A DNA stretch of 64,000 nucleotides from Octopus sinensis (taxonomy: Eukaryota): positions 12,834,001 to 12,898,000 of the forward strand of contig NC_042999.1 of the NCBI RefSeq assembly GCF_006345805.1, given 5' to 3'. Shown piece after piece: positions 13,486 to 25,410 of this stretch (the stretch's first letter is position 1; each line of letters starts with the position of its first letter). The notes beneath the pieces were generated by a model that had not been told where the DNA came from, ran no database searches, and worked only from the letters and a program-made list of their open reading frames with translations. Both the position numbers and the translations under genes were made by a program.

Positions 13486-14222
13486 CTGCAATGAAGTTGT
13501 CTATTAACTTATTCTTCAGAGTGACGGTTCTTAGGGAGTTAATACATGGTGTTAGATTTTTGTTTTAAACATTTGAACCCCTTCCATATTATTATAGTGA
13601 GGGGTTCGTGCCTTCCTGTTATATTACTTGAGAAGAAACAGGTTTGTGCTGTGAAGGCTCAGTAGTGAAAAGACTATGAATAATGTTTGTGAGAAATTTC
13701 AATGCCTTTACATAATTATCTTCAGATTAAAAGTGATATTGAAGCATCAGTTGGCAGATGTGTGTGTATGTGTATTATTATTACTATTATTCAGATAACA
13801 CTATAGTCTTGTGACAGCCAATTTCTTTTGTTATTGAATGGTTTCATGCTGAAAATGGAAAGGCAAATTCAGCAATAGTTGAGCATGGACGTGTGTGTAT
13901 ATTTGTGTGTGTAGTTTATTTTACCACTGCTAGAGAAATAACAAACATGATTAAAGCCATTGGAATGGTGTGGTTCCAAACAAAACATTAAAAACATCCA
14001 ATCCACTATTTTTTGTGATGACCATCACTGCAGAGCTTATATTAACATAAAAAAGAAACATAGCAGTATTTCATTAAAAGATAACCAATGTCATATTACA
14101 GGTTTACATAATTAAATGACATAACGAACATGAGAAATACACACAAAGAAAGTTAACAGAATAAAAAAAACAGGGATGATCAACAGAAAATTTGTAGACC
14201 AAACTAAGTGTTTAATACCCAC

Positions 14223-14319
14223 CTGGAGTCAAAAGTTTAGGATCAATGGGTTTTCCTGCATCAATTATTGTCTCTAATTCAAGGAAACTCAGCATATGTG
14301 ACCAAAATGCTGATTTACC
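14223..14319 (-). CDS. DENND5: DENND5 coding exon, RUN1: GKSAFWSHMLSFLELETIIDAGKPIDPKLLTP
   Basis: Acceptor ttatttctag and donor CCAG|gtgggt; 97 nt, phase 0 to 1. Begins with the GKSALWSHL-type motif expected directly after the 29.6 kb exon. Confidence 0.93.
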
Positions 14320-14384
14320 CTAGAAATAAATAAATAAATAATAACAATAATAATAACAATAATAACAACAACAACAACAACAAC

Positions 14385-14421
<37 letters not shown>

Positions 14422-14433
14422 TAATAATAATAA

Positions 14434-17400
14434 GGAACACCGGGGGACGTTTAAGATGTAAGAAGGAAAATTCAGAGCTCCGAAATCTATCCACAAACAT
14501 CGAAAACAAGGACATCCTATGGAGCCAAAGTTTTACTAACAAAGAATTGGACTGTATCCGAGTAAGTAATACTAATTGAAATTTATTACTATTTTCGAAA
14601 CGAAATGATGTATTTTGACTCGATATCATCTCCACCTCTAACGCAACACATGTAAACATGCGTGGAACATCACGATCATCCCCGACCCCAAACACCATGT
14701 ACAAAGGAACTACGAAGAAATTAAATGCCACCGATACTATTCAACCCAAGAATAACAATCGAGCGGTACGTACATTAAACTTACAACAAAAAATGTACGA
14801 AAAACTACACGTGCGAAATAATGTGACAACAGAAATAAACGGACCGGTACCCTACGAAAATGACGACCGTCAAAATAATGGGCCGGACGTTGGACCTCAT
14901 GTCCCGCAAATAAAACCCAAAAGACATAAATGGACACGTGAGGAATACATTTCTATCTTACACGCATACTTCACAGCAGTACTCTACTCAAAAAATGAAA
15001 ATACAACAACACATACAAATAAAATATGGAAGGAAAATATTAGAGATATAGACTTGGATACAGCAATGAACCCTAATAAATTAGCTAACGTACGAAGATA
15101 CATTCTCAACACAAAAAAAATATCAGAAATAGAAATAGAACACCTAAAAGAAAACATACACCAGGAAAATGTAGATAGAAGCCACACAACAATGCCCAAT
15201 AATATAAACACTGAAACTGTAAAACACGAAGACAAACGCAACATTCCCAACAAACACGATGTAAACAACGAAGGGGAGCCTAATGGTTATGATAATATAA
15301 AAAATAAAATAATCAAAGAACTGAAAACCACAGAGCTCAAAATGGACCACCGACCATACCTCCCAAGAATCAAAATAAACGAAATAACAACACCTATTAT
15401 AAAAAGCATAAACCTAGCCGTCACTGAACTGATAGCCACTGAATAAAAAAATAGTGATATCACTGAGATAAATAACCTAATATACGCAGCAGCCACTGCA
15501 GCCACAAAAGAAGCTGGATACTCACCCAAACCCGCCCAAACAGGAGTACCACCACCCAAACAAACCCTGTGGATAAATAACATCCAAAGCAAAATAAAAA
15601 AAATTAGAAAAGACCTGTCGATTCTTAATGAAATCAGCAAACAATCAACACTACTGAGCAACAAAAAGAGAACAAAAATACTCCGCAAATATAACATCAC
15701 AGAGAAAGATTTGCCTGAAATAAAAGAAAAGCTGAAGCAAGATATCCTTGCCAAAGCACAAAGGATCCGCCGGTACAAGAAACGCCAACGCTTCTTTGAA
15801 GAAAACAAAAAGTTCAACTCCAACCCCAAAAAGTTCTACCAAGAACTGGGCAAAAATAAAATAGAAGTCACTGCAGCACCAACGGCAGAAGAATTGGAAG
15901 AATTCTGGAGAGAAATATGGTCGGCGAACGAACCACCAAAAAAAAGGAGTATCAAAATAACAAACTCGGCATCTGAACAACTTTGGACCCCCATAACAAC
16001 TGAAGAGGTCACCCAGGCACTGCAAAGACTAAGCAACTGGAAGGCACCTGGGCATGACAAGATCCCCAACTTCTGGTTCAAATATCTAACAGGAATGCAC
16101 AAAAAGCTGGCTGAAAACTTTAACAACGTACTAGCAGAGCCAGAGACAATGCCTGAATGGCTCACGAAGGGGAAAACCATCTTAATTCCCAAATCAAATG
16201 AAACAGAAAAACCAGAAAACTACAGACCAATAACCTGCCTCCCTACTATGTTCAAGGCATTTACTGCAGTGATATCACAAAGGCTGAACAAGCACCTGGA
16301 CGAAAACAAAATGTTCCCAGAAGAGCAGAAAGGATGCCGCAAAGGCTCATATGGCTGTAAAGATCAACTAATGATTAATAAAGCCATAACTGAAGACAGC
16401 CACAGAAAGAAGAAAGGCCTCAGTATGGCCTGGATTGACTACAAAAAGGTGTTTGATAGCATCCCCCACACATGGATCCTCGAAACACTAGCCATTAACA
16501 AAGTAGCACCAACAATCATAAAATTCATAGAGCACTCTATGAATAAATGGCAAACAGTCCTACACCTCCAAACAAAAGAGGGACTCATGAAAACCAAAGA
16601 CATCCCCATTAGAAGAGGAATATTCCAGGGAGACACGCTCTCTCCACTCCTTTTCTGCTTGGCACTGTCACCTCTATCTGATATGCTAAATAGAACTGGA
16701 TGCGGATATAAATGTTACGGCAAAACGATCAGCCACCTTTTATATATGGATGGCCTAAAACTATACGCTGCAAATGACAAACAGCTGGAAACACTATTAA
16801 AGACAGTTCATGGATTTACCAAAGAAATAGATATGAAATTTGGATTAGAAAAATGCGCCAAGTAACCATGAAAAGAGGAAAACTAGTTAAGAGCAACAAC
16901 ATCACACTAGATAAAACCAATGAAATAAAAGAATTAGACCAAAGCCAAACTTACAAATACTTAGGAATCCATGAACTAGATAAGACACAACACACACAAA
17001 TGAAAGAGAAAATAAAAAAAGAATATTATAGACGAGTTAGATCAATACTAAACACAGAGCTCAATGCTAAAAACAAGATAATAGGTATCAACACTTTAGC
17101 TGTCCCAGTTATAAGTTACAGCTACAATATCCTTAACTGGACACGAAATGAACTGACCAAAATAGATAGGAAAACAAGAAAAATAATGACAGGATCTAGG
17201 ATGCATCACCCAAAATCTGACATAGAAAGACTATATATACAACGTATAGAAGGTGGTAGAGGCCTTATACAGCTGGAAAACTACTATAAAATAACCACCA
17301 TAGGACTGCAAAAATATCTACTTCAGAAGGAAGGAAAACTGATCCAGATAGCGGCAAAACACGAGCAAAACAAAAAACTGTTCTCAGTATTTAAGGAAGC

Positions 17401-18395
17401 TGACAAATACAAACAAGAAATCATACCACCTAATAAACATGAAGAAGAAGAAGAAGATGAAGAAACAACAAAAGCTATAAAACAAATGAAATCCAAACTA
17501 AAAATAGAACAGCAACGATCCATGATAAAACGATGGCAAGAAAAGCCCCTTCGTGGTAAATACTGGACTAAACTAAACGCAAAAGAAATAGACAAAGAAA
17601 AATCCCAGCAATGGTTGAGAAGCTCAGGACTCAAAGCAGAAACAGAGGGATTTTTAATTGCAGCACAAGACCAAAGCCTCCCCACCAGAAATTACCAAAA
17701 ACATGTAAGGAAAAGAAATATTACAAGTAATTGCAGAATATGTGGAGATGGACAAGAAACAATAAATCATATTATCTCTAGCTGCCCAGTCCTGGCTAAG
17801 AAGGAATATATTCACAGACATGACAGAGTTGGAACCTACATACATTGGAAGCTATGCCAACATTATGGAATAACAACAGAAAAAAGATGGTATAGGCACA
17901 CACCAGAAAAGGTCACAGAAAACGAGAAAGCAACCATACTCTGGGATATGCCGATACACACAGATAGAGAAATTAAGGCCAACAGACCAGATATAGTTGT
18001 CAGAGATCATGAAGAAAAAAAATGCTTTCTAATTGATGTATCAATACCGGCTGATGACAACGTGTCTCTAAAAGAAATGGAGAAACTCTCAAAATACAAA
18101 GACCTGGAAATAGAGGTAACTAGAATGTGGAATCTGAAAACAGAAACAATTCCTGTCATAGTAGGTGCATTAGGCATGATAAAAAAATATTCAGACAAAT
18201 ACATAACAAAAACACCAGGACTTACAAACACATATAACATACAGAAAATTGCACTACTAGGCACTGCACACATCCTACGCAGAACACTTTCCATACAATA
18301 ACCATCAGAGCATCACAACAAATCACAGCACATACCCAAGGCACACAGAGCTGCGCTCGGTAGTGAAGTGAAAGCACGCTATAAAAATAAAACTA

Positions 18396-18398
<3 letters not shown>
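14434..18398 (+). mobile_element. Near full-length R4/Dong-clade non-LTR retrotransposon (RT plus restriction-like endonuclease)
   Basis: N-terminal KWTREE motif. RT motifs include PGHDKI, NYRPITCL, EEQKGCR and GIFQGDTLSPLLF. CCHC knuckle CRICGDGQETINHIISSC, then RHD, and a PD..D endonuclease (RPDIVV...IDVSIP...KLSKYKDL). Flanked on both sides by (TAA)n tracts, the known Dong target. Confidence 0.92.
14658..18301 (+). pseudogene. Disrupted single ORF of the R4/Dong element (about 1200 aa if repaired)
   Basis: ORFs 14658..15446 and 15711..16865 share a frame, with one TAA at 15444-15446. A 1-nt frameshift near 16860 leads into ORF 16853..18301. The catalytic YMDD reads YMDG. Confidence 0.85.
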
Positions 18399-18428
<30 letters not shown>

Positions 18429-18430
<2 letters not shown>

Positions 18431-18813
18431 TAGAGAATAAAAAAAATTTGCATGATAACTGACATAACATGTCCCAGTGACAACAGGATCGAAAAGAAAG
18501 AAGAAAAACTGAACAACTACGATGATTTGAAGTGGGAAATATAAAGGTTGTGGTCAATGAAGAGAGTGGACGTGATAGCAATAGTAATTGATGCCCTTGG
18601 AAGTATCAGCACTCAACTACCAACATGGCTCAAAAAGATTGGTACAAATGTAAAGGTAGAACACCTACAATAATCAGCTTTGCTTGGAACTGCAAGAGTT
18701 CTTCACAGGGTTCTTGAAGCATGACCAGTAAACAAGTGTCACCTTAGTCTGCTGGCTCTGGACAGCTGACACTTTCCATCATACCCAGCAAAATAAGCTG
18801 TGAGTTTTCATCA
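18429..18813 (+). mobile_element. 3-prime fragment of a second, divergent R4/Dong family
   Basis: Translates with stops as ITDITCPSDNRIEKKEEKLNNYDDLKWEI..LWSMKRVDVIAIVIDALGS...SALLGTARVLHRVLEA, the endonuclease C-terminus. Has a different 3-prime UTR and ends in (TAA)n. Confidence 0.8.
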
Positions 18814-18832
18814 AATAATAATTATAATAATA

Positions 18833-19856
18833 ATAAGAGCACTCAGAGAGCGCAAACTTCTGCCAAGGCAACACCAATGTCCTCTCAAGAATTAGCTGGA
18901 GATGATTTTTAAAATGAGAATATCTGAAATAAACTCGACTGCTCTCACAAATGAGAATACTGAAAATGAACCCGACTGCTCTCAGAAAAATAATCCAGAA
19001 TCCTTGTTCGGTACCTGATTGATCCCAATGGTAGTCATGGAATGTGAAGGTGGGTGTACGGGCCATGTTTGTAATGCTGTGTGTGTGTGTGTGTTGTCCG
19101 CATGGGGACAGAGACAGTTTTCTCTATAAAAGCTTTTTTTAGTCTATCCACTAATATAGTGTCTTTATGACCATTAAGGTCTATAGTGAAAAATTTATCC
19201 GTGCATGAAAGAAAACGGAAAGGACCTGCATACGGTGCTGTTAACGGAGGTTTAACAACATAGTTGCGCACAAAAAAGTAAAGAGTCCAAGAAGTAAAGC
19301 TTCCTTGAAGGCAGAGCTAGAATTGTCAAGTAGGTAAGAGGTTTTAAAAAGGAGCAATATATTCAAAATTGGTAAAACTAAAAATTATCGAGGATAAATC
19401 AAATTTATTATTGTTACTGAATATGTTAGTGTTATTTAATTTCTGAACGGTTTTGCTGCTGTTTGCTTATGTAGTTTGATTTCTTTATCAGTTTCTACTA
19501 AGATAGAGACGTGAGTAAAATTGATAATAGAGAAACGAAAATAAAACTTTGGAAATAGTAACGCCACCATAACTTATGTGGAAACCATGATAATGCTTTC
19601 AAGGAAGATAATCAGAGAAAGACTTGAAAGTGAATGTAAGATCATAATGCTTCATGTAAAGTAAAGTAAATATAACAAATAATCCAGAATCCTTGTCTGG
19701 TACTGGATCAATCCCCAAATCTAATCAGTTTGTGCCAGTCACATCCCTGGATGAATTTCATCTGAATCCATCCAGCAGTTCTTGAGATATCTTGACCACA
19801 GACAAACAAACAAACACAACTGGAAATAATACCTCTGCCTTTGCTAAGGTGGAGGT
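18833..19856 (+). mobile_element. Non-autonomous Helentron/HINE-like repeat, interrupted by the Gypsy fragment
   Basis: 5-prime subterminal acttctgccaaggc, internal (CAAA)n, and a 3-prime hairpin ACCTCTGCCTT-TGCT-AAGGTGGAGGT at 19831-19856. Classification is inferred from architecture. Confidence 0.5.
19035..19300 (-). mobile_element. Ty3/Gypsy integrase GPY/F-domain fragment
   Basis: Translation VKPPLTAPYAGPFRFLSCTDKFFTIDLNGHKDTILVDRLKKAF. Confidence 0.75.
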
Positions 19857-20690
19857 TTTCTGGGATAATCAGCAGCTGCCTCATTGCATTCACTTTGATT
19901 TCATCAACATCCTGAAATCTTCTTTGTTTCAAGCGGAATTTGATTTTTGGAAAACGGAAAAGGTTGCAAGGGGCAAGATCTGGGGAATACAGTAGCTGTC
20001 AGACTTAGGGAATGCAGTGTCTAGCCAAAAAATGCTACTGAATGGACAGGTGCATTGTCAGGGTGCAATTCACATTGCTTCGACTCGTGCTTTCTTCTGC
20101 AACGAATGAACCTTTGTTTTGGGGTCAGAGCCATAGACCCACAATTCATCACCCGTTATGACTGTTTTCAAAAAGTTTCCATTGTTCTCGACACAGTCAA
20201 GGAGATCTTGTGCAACTGAAACCTGAGTGTCTTCTTGGTCAGCTGAAAGCAGTTTTGGCACAAACTTGGCAGACACAAGTCTCATACCCAAATCTTCAGT
20301 GATAATGGACTGAACTGAACCGCAATTAATCTGCACATCCTCTGATAACTCATGGATGGTGATTCAATGATTTCACCCCACAGCTGCATTCACATCTGCA
20401 ATATTTTTCTCAGTTCTGCTGGTTGCAGGTCTCCCAGAACGTTTGTCAATGCTGACATTTTTTCAGCCACCTTGGAAATGTCTGAACCACTTGTGTGTGG
20501 CTCAAATACTCCTCTCCATACACTTTTTGCAACATTGTAAAGGCCTCTGAGCAGGTATCGCCAAGCTTCTGGCAAAATTTGTGAGCGACAACATTAAAAC
20601 TTAGTGCGCATGCACAACTGAGTTCAAGGTCAATCTGTGCCAAACGGCTTCACTCTGTCTGCTTTAGCTTTGTTACTATAGCAACAGTAC
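19857..20690 (-). mobile_element. Degenerate mariner transposase fragment
   Basis: Minus-strand ORF pieces KFCQKLGDTCSEAFTMLQKVYGEE, AKFVPKLLSADQ, VITGDELWVYGSDPKTK and MKQRRFQDVDEIK. Confidence 0.85.
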
Positions 20691-21545
20691 GTTTATTGAT
20701 CAGACCATATATAGCAGAGTGTAGTAGTGGTAATAATAATAATAATAGTTCTTTGTAATTTCTAACACAAGGCTAGCAATTTTGAGGAAATAGGGGAAGT
20801 CAATTACATTGACTCCAGTGTTCAACTGGTACATATTTGATCAACCCCCAAAGGAATTTGAACTCAAAACACAGAGTAAGAAGAAATCACTCCAAACATT
20901 TTATCCATTAAAGAAAAGAGTTTCCTAATTGCCTGGAAAGATGAATAAAATGCTTCTCAGTTGGTTTCTGCTGACGAATATTTAGTTATTCACTTAACTG
21001 AGTAATTAATATGCAAATGGCTGAGTATTCCTGATGTTTGTACTTATTCCTCAGGCAGAATCAGTGTGACGATGTTACCACACAGCACAATTAATAAATG
21101 CAATACAAAAGAAAAATGAAAAGACTGCTCAATAATTTCATAATAAAACAAAGACCTTTTTAAACCAAAAGAGCTTTTGATGTTAAATTTTTAAACTCAT
21201 TATAATTAGACTTCTAGTTTACATCAGTGGAACAATTTTGTCTTATTTTTTTTTAGCTTTTTTAACGAAGCAGGAAATAATTACTAGGTATTTCACATGT
21301 CAGAAATTACACTAAAATTCTCAAAACCTAACCTCACAGTCAAACAATAACCTGCCTATATCTTATAATAGTCACTGGCTTTCTTACAATTGTCATTGCT
21401 ATATTGTCCCACTTAATATTTCTACCTTTTCTCCTATAAAAACACTTAACTGAATTTCTCTATTCTGGAGATGAAACTCTCACTCTGTCCATTCTCGTGA
21501 AAATGTAAATAAAATACTGCAAAACAGCTAAATATTGAGGATTAA

Positions 21546-22219
21546 CTCTTTATACTAACCTGTCCAAGACTAATATTGGTTGTGTGATACTAACTCCCTA
21601 TTTGAAGTGATCTAAATTAAAATCTTCCATCAAAATTTTCTGTTAATTTACATTCCAAACACTGGCTTAATAAAGACAAAGTTATTTTACTAAACGCTTC
21701 AATCTTTTCAAAATTAATTGAAATAAGGCCAGTATATTTCAACAGATTTCAATAGTAACAAAAACAATTAATAATGGTAAAGTTGCTTTACAAAATTTTT
21801 CGTTATTTTGGGGCAAGCGAAATCGAAATCGAATTGAACCAGCCAGGATCCCTGGTCTGGTGGTACGTAAAAAGCACTATCCGACTCGTGGCCGATGCCA
21901 GCACCGCCTCGACTGGCTTCCGTGCCGGTGGCACATAAAATACACCAATCTGACCGTGGCCGTTGCCAGCCCCGCCTGGCACCTGTGCAGGTGGCACGTA
22001 AAAAGCACCCACTACACTCACGGAGTGGTTGGCGTTAGGAAGGGCATCCAGCTGTAGAAACATTGCCAGATTAGACTGGAGCCTGGTGCAGCCTTCTGGC
22101 TTCCCAGAACCCCGGTCGAACCGTCCAACCCATGCTAGCATGGAGAACGGACGTTAAACGACGATGATGATGATGATGATAAAGATGGTGTATTTCAGTA
22201 GAAATATGGTAACAAAGGG
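21546..22219. mobile_element. piggyBac-like MITE flanked by TTAA, interrupted by an RTE-tail repeat at about 21810-22180
   Basis: TTAA at 21542-21545 and 22220-22223; right end aaaggg-ttaa. Body (gatctaaattaaaa..cttccatcaaaat) is shared with copies at about 2010-2242 and 62950-63050. Confidence 0.55.
21810..22180 (+). repeat. RTE-tail short element
   Basis: Ends in ggaagggcatccagctgtagaaa...catgctagcatggagaacggacgttaaacgacgatgatgat. Confidence 0.8.
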
Positions 22220-24154
22220 TTAAGCATATTGAGACTGTGTATAAATCATAACAGACAGCTTGTAATCTTGGCTGACACAATAGAATTTAAGCTACTAACT
22301 TTTAAAGTGGTCTCTCTCTCAACAAGATGCTATCAACTAACATTCCAATATTTTTCACAATGTTTACTTATGTCTCCAACGAATTGCAGTTTAGCCTTGA
22401 TTGCACATTTTATAAAATTGAATGGAACAGAATAATGAACTGAGAATACACCAAGTTATTGTATAATGAAGAAAAATAAAAGGAAAACTGATAAGCAAAC
22501 ATTAAAATAAATTATATTTATTTGGTAAAAGAGTATCTATTGAACTTCTAATGTTCTTTAGCTACATATTAACCTAATTTTGGTATCTGTGCATTATTCA
22601 AGAAAGTCAATGAAAATTTAAATCAACAAGATGGACAGATAGAGACTTTTGGTCTTTATAGGAAGTAAAATATCTTTCGGTGTCTTTTGTAGCAGTTTGA
22701 TTTGTGTGTATCAGAGCTGGCATGATAAAGAACTCTCTTCATTTCCTCTTACACCTGTTATATTGATTCTAAGCTATTAGCTCATCTCTACACAAACATG
22801 TATTCTTACCATATCTTTTTATATCTAAACCATCTTGATACTTTTTAAATGTTCTCCAGCACAATTTATCCCAACCAATGGAGGGTGGAGGAACAGAAAA
22901 ATTTATAATCTATGTCTACAGCATCCGTCCCATTGTTAATTTTTCACTGTCTCCCTCCTCAAGGAATTACAGGTGTGATGAACAGGTGTGACTATATAAT
23001 GAAGTTTCATTCTACTGTGCAGCACCATAAGTGATCTTTTGCTATAACCTCAGGTTGATCAATGTGAGTGGAATTTGGTCAATACAAGCACAAGAATAGC
23101 CATGCGGTGGAAGAATTTATTATACAACCACACAGTTTCAGTTTCAGTCCCACTTACCCCTTTGGGCAAGTGTCTTCTAGCATGGCTTTGGATAGACCAA
23201 TGCTTTGAGCCTGAATTTGGTAAATGGAAACTGTCCAAAGTTCACTGTGTGTGTGACCCTATGAAAACCAATGATGGTTTGTTACTTAACTGTTCAGCAA
23301 AAAGAGACTAATAGAATGAGTATAAGACTTCAAAATAAGTACTGGGATTTCTTTGATCAACTAAAGCCTTCAAAGCAAAATGCCACAAAGGAACATATGG
23401 TTTTTGTTTATTTCCTCACTCTGCTTAAATAGAAACCACTAACTTTAGTGTGTAGGGCTAACAGATCCAGATTTCAAACCAACGGTATCAAATCTACTTG
23501 GGTTTTCTGCTCAAATTAACAATGCCTTATAACCTGTGCAATATTTTGATGGTTGAACCAGTTTAACCCTTTGGGCCCAAATTTACACCTTAGCAGGCAA
23601 GATTTCATTTGACTATATCCGAAGATGCAAAAATGAGTGGCCACATGGTTTTGAGTTTATGACTGAAAATAACAAAGCTTCTGCTAATTAGCAAGGTGTA
23701 AACACAAACCATGAGGATTCCCTTGTTTGTCTCTTCCATGCTGAATGAAATTGCACCCATTAAAGCATGCTTTCCTTTTCCAAGTGCTAAACCCCCTACA
23801 AATCTAAATATAAATTTCTGCTAAGTTATTTCTCACTTATAGATTTGAGGGCCATATTACAAAAACTTAAGTAAATCTTCAAAATATATAGTTAACAGAT
23901 GAGATCCAGAGATTTCTCAGTATAGAAAACACTTAATAGCTCTCAATAATTCAAACTTAAACTCTAATGTTTTTATGAGAGAACAATTCTTCGAAGTAAA
24001 GAGTAGTTATAAGAGGAATAAAGTTGAGCAGATATAGAGGCAATTATACAGATAAACAAATTGAATATTATAGCTTGGATTTGATATACAAAATATGTAT
24101 ATATGTACACTCGCAAAATGAGAGAAAGACTGAAAACAATGGACACTTAACTAT

Positions 24155-24597
24155 AAAGATATAGATATTTATATTAATAGAGGAAACTTACACAGAGTAT
24201 AAACGATAGAGGAAATGAAAGGGGAAGAGGTAAGGTAGTTTCTGGGGGCTTGGAGATCCATCATAATGTTGGCAGATGTAGTTCACCACTATATGCAGGC
24301 TGAAATGGAAACACTCAACATTGGATAGATTGAGTATCCGCCATCAGGGTAGAAGGACCTCTTATATTACAGATCACGATGCAGAGATGGTTTTCTACCC
24401 TGACGACGGACGCACAATCTATCCAATGTTGAGTGTTTCCATTTCAGCCTGCATATAGAGGTGAACTATATCTGCCAACATTATGATGGATCTCCAAGCT
24501 TCCAGAAACAACTGTTGGACTTATAACACCCTACCGCTTCCCTTTTAATTTTCTCTGTTTGTCCTCTAAGCTTTATCTATTAATATGAATATCTATA
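24155..24597. repeat. Foldback with arms of about 200 bp and a loop of about 40 bp
   Basis: The inner about 115 bp (24240-24355 vs 24392-24510) are highly similar reverse complements; the outer parts are more diverged. Confidence 0.85.
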
Positions 24598-24639
24598 TAC
24601 TTAATTAACCACTGTCTTCAGTCCTGCTTTCTCCCATTT

Positions 24640-24646
24640 TGCATGT

Positions 24647-24683
<37 letters not shown>

Positions 24684-25410
24684 ACAATACATACATATAT
24701 ATATATACAATATTACATACATATACATATATATTACATACATACATATACATACATACATACATATATATACTACATACATATATATAATATACATACA
24801 TATATATATATATATCATACATACACATATATATATATTATACATACATATATATATATATTATATACATACATATATATATATATACATACATACATAT
24901 ATATATATATATACATACATACATATATATATATATACTACATATATATATTACATATATATACATACTATATATATATATACATACATATATATATATA
25001 CATACATACATATTATATATATACATAATATATATATATACATACATACATATATATATATATATACACATACATATATATATTACATACATACTATATA
25101 TATATATATATACATACACATATATATTATATACATACATATATATATATATATACATACATACATATATATATTATATCTACATACATATATATATATA
25201 TATACATACATACATATATATATATATATACATACATACTATATATATATATATACATACATATATATATAATACATACATACATATATATATATACATA
25301 CATACATACATATTATATATACATACATACATATATATATATATATACATACATACATATATATATATATCTACATACATATATAATATATATATACATA
25401 CATACATCAC
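24640..25410. repeat. Compound (TA)n/(CATA)n microsatellite
   Basis: Seen directly. Confidence 0.97.

Noticed and set aside
24601-25410. Long Y/I/H/T- or C/V/M/Y-rich ORFs (also 28400-29470, 31940-32650, 37827-38830, 61724-62036)
   Set aside because: These are translations of TA, CA and CATA microsatellites.
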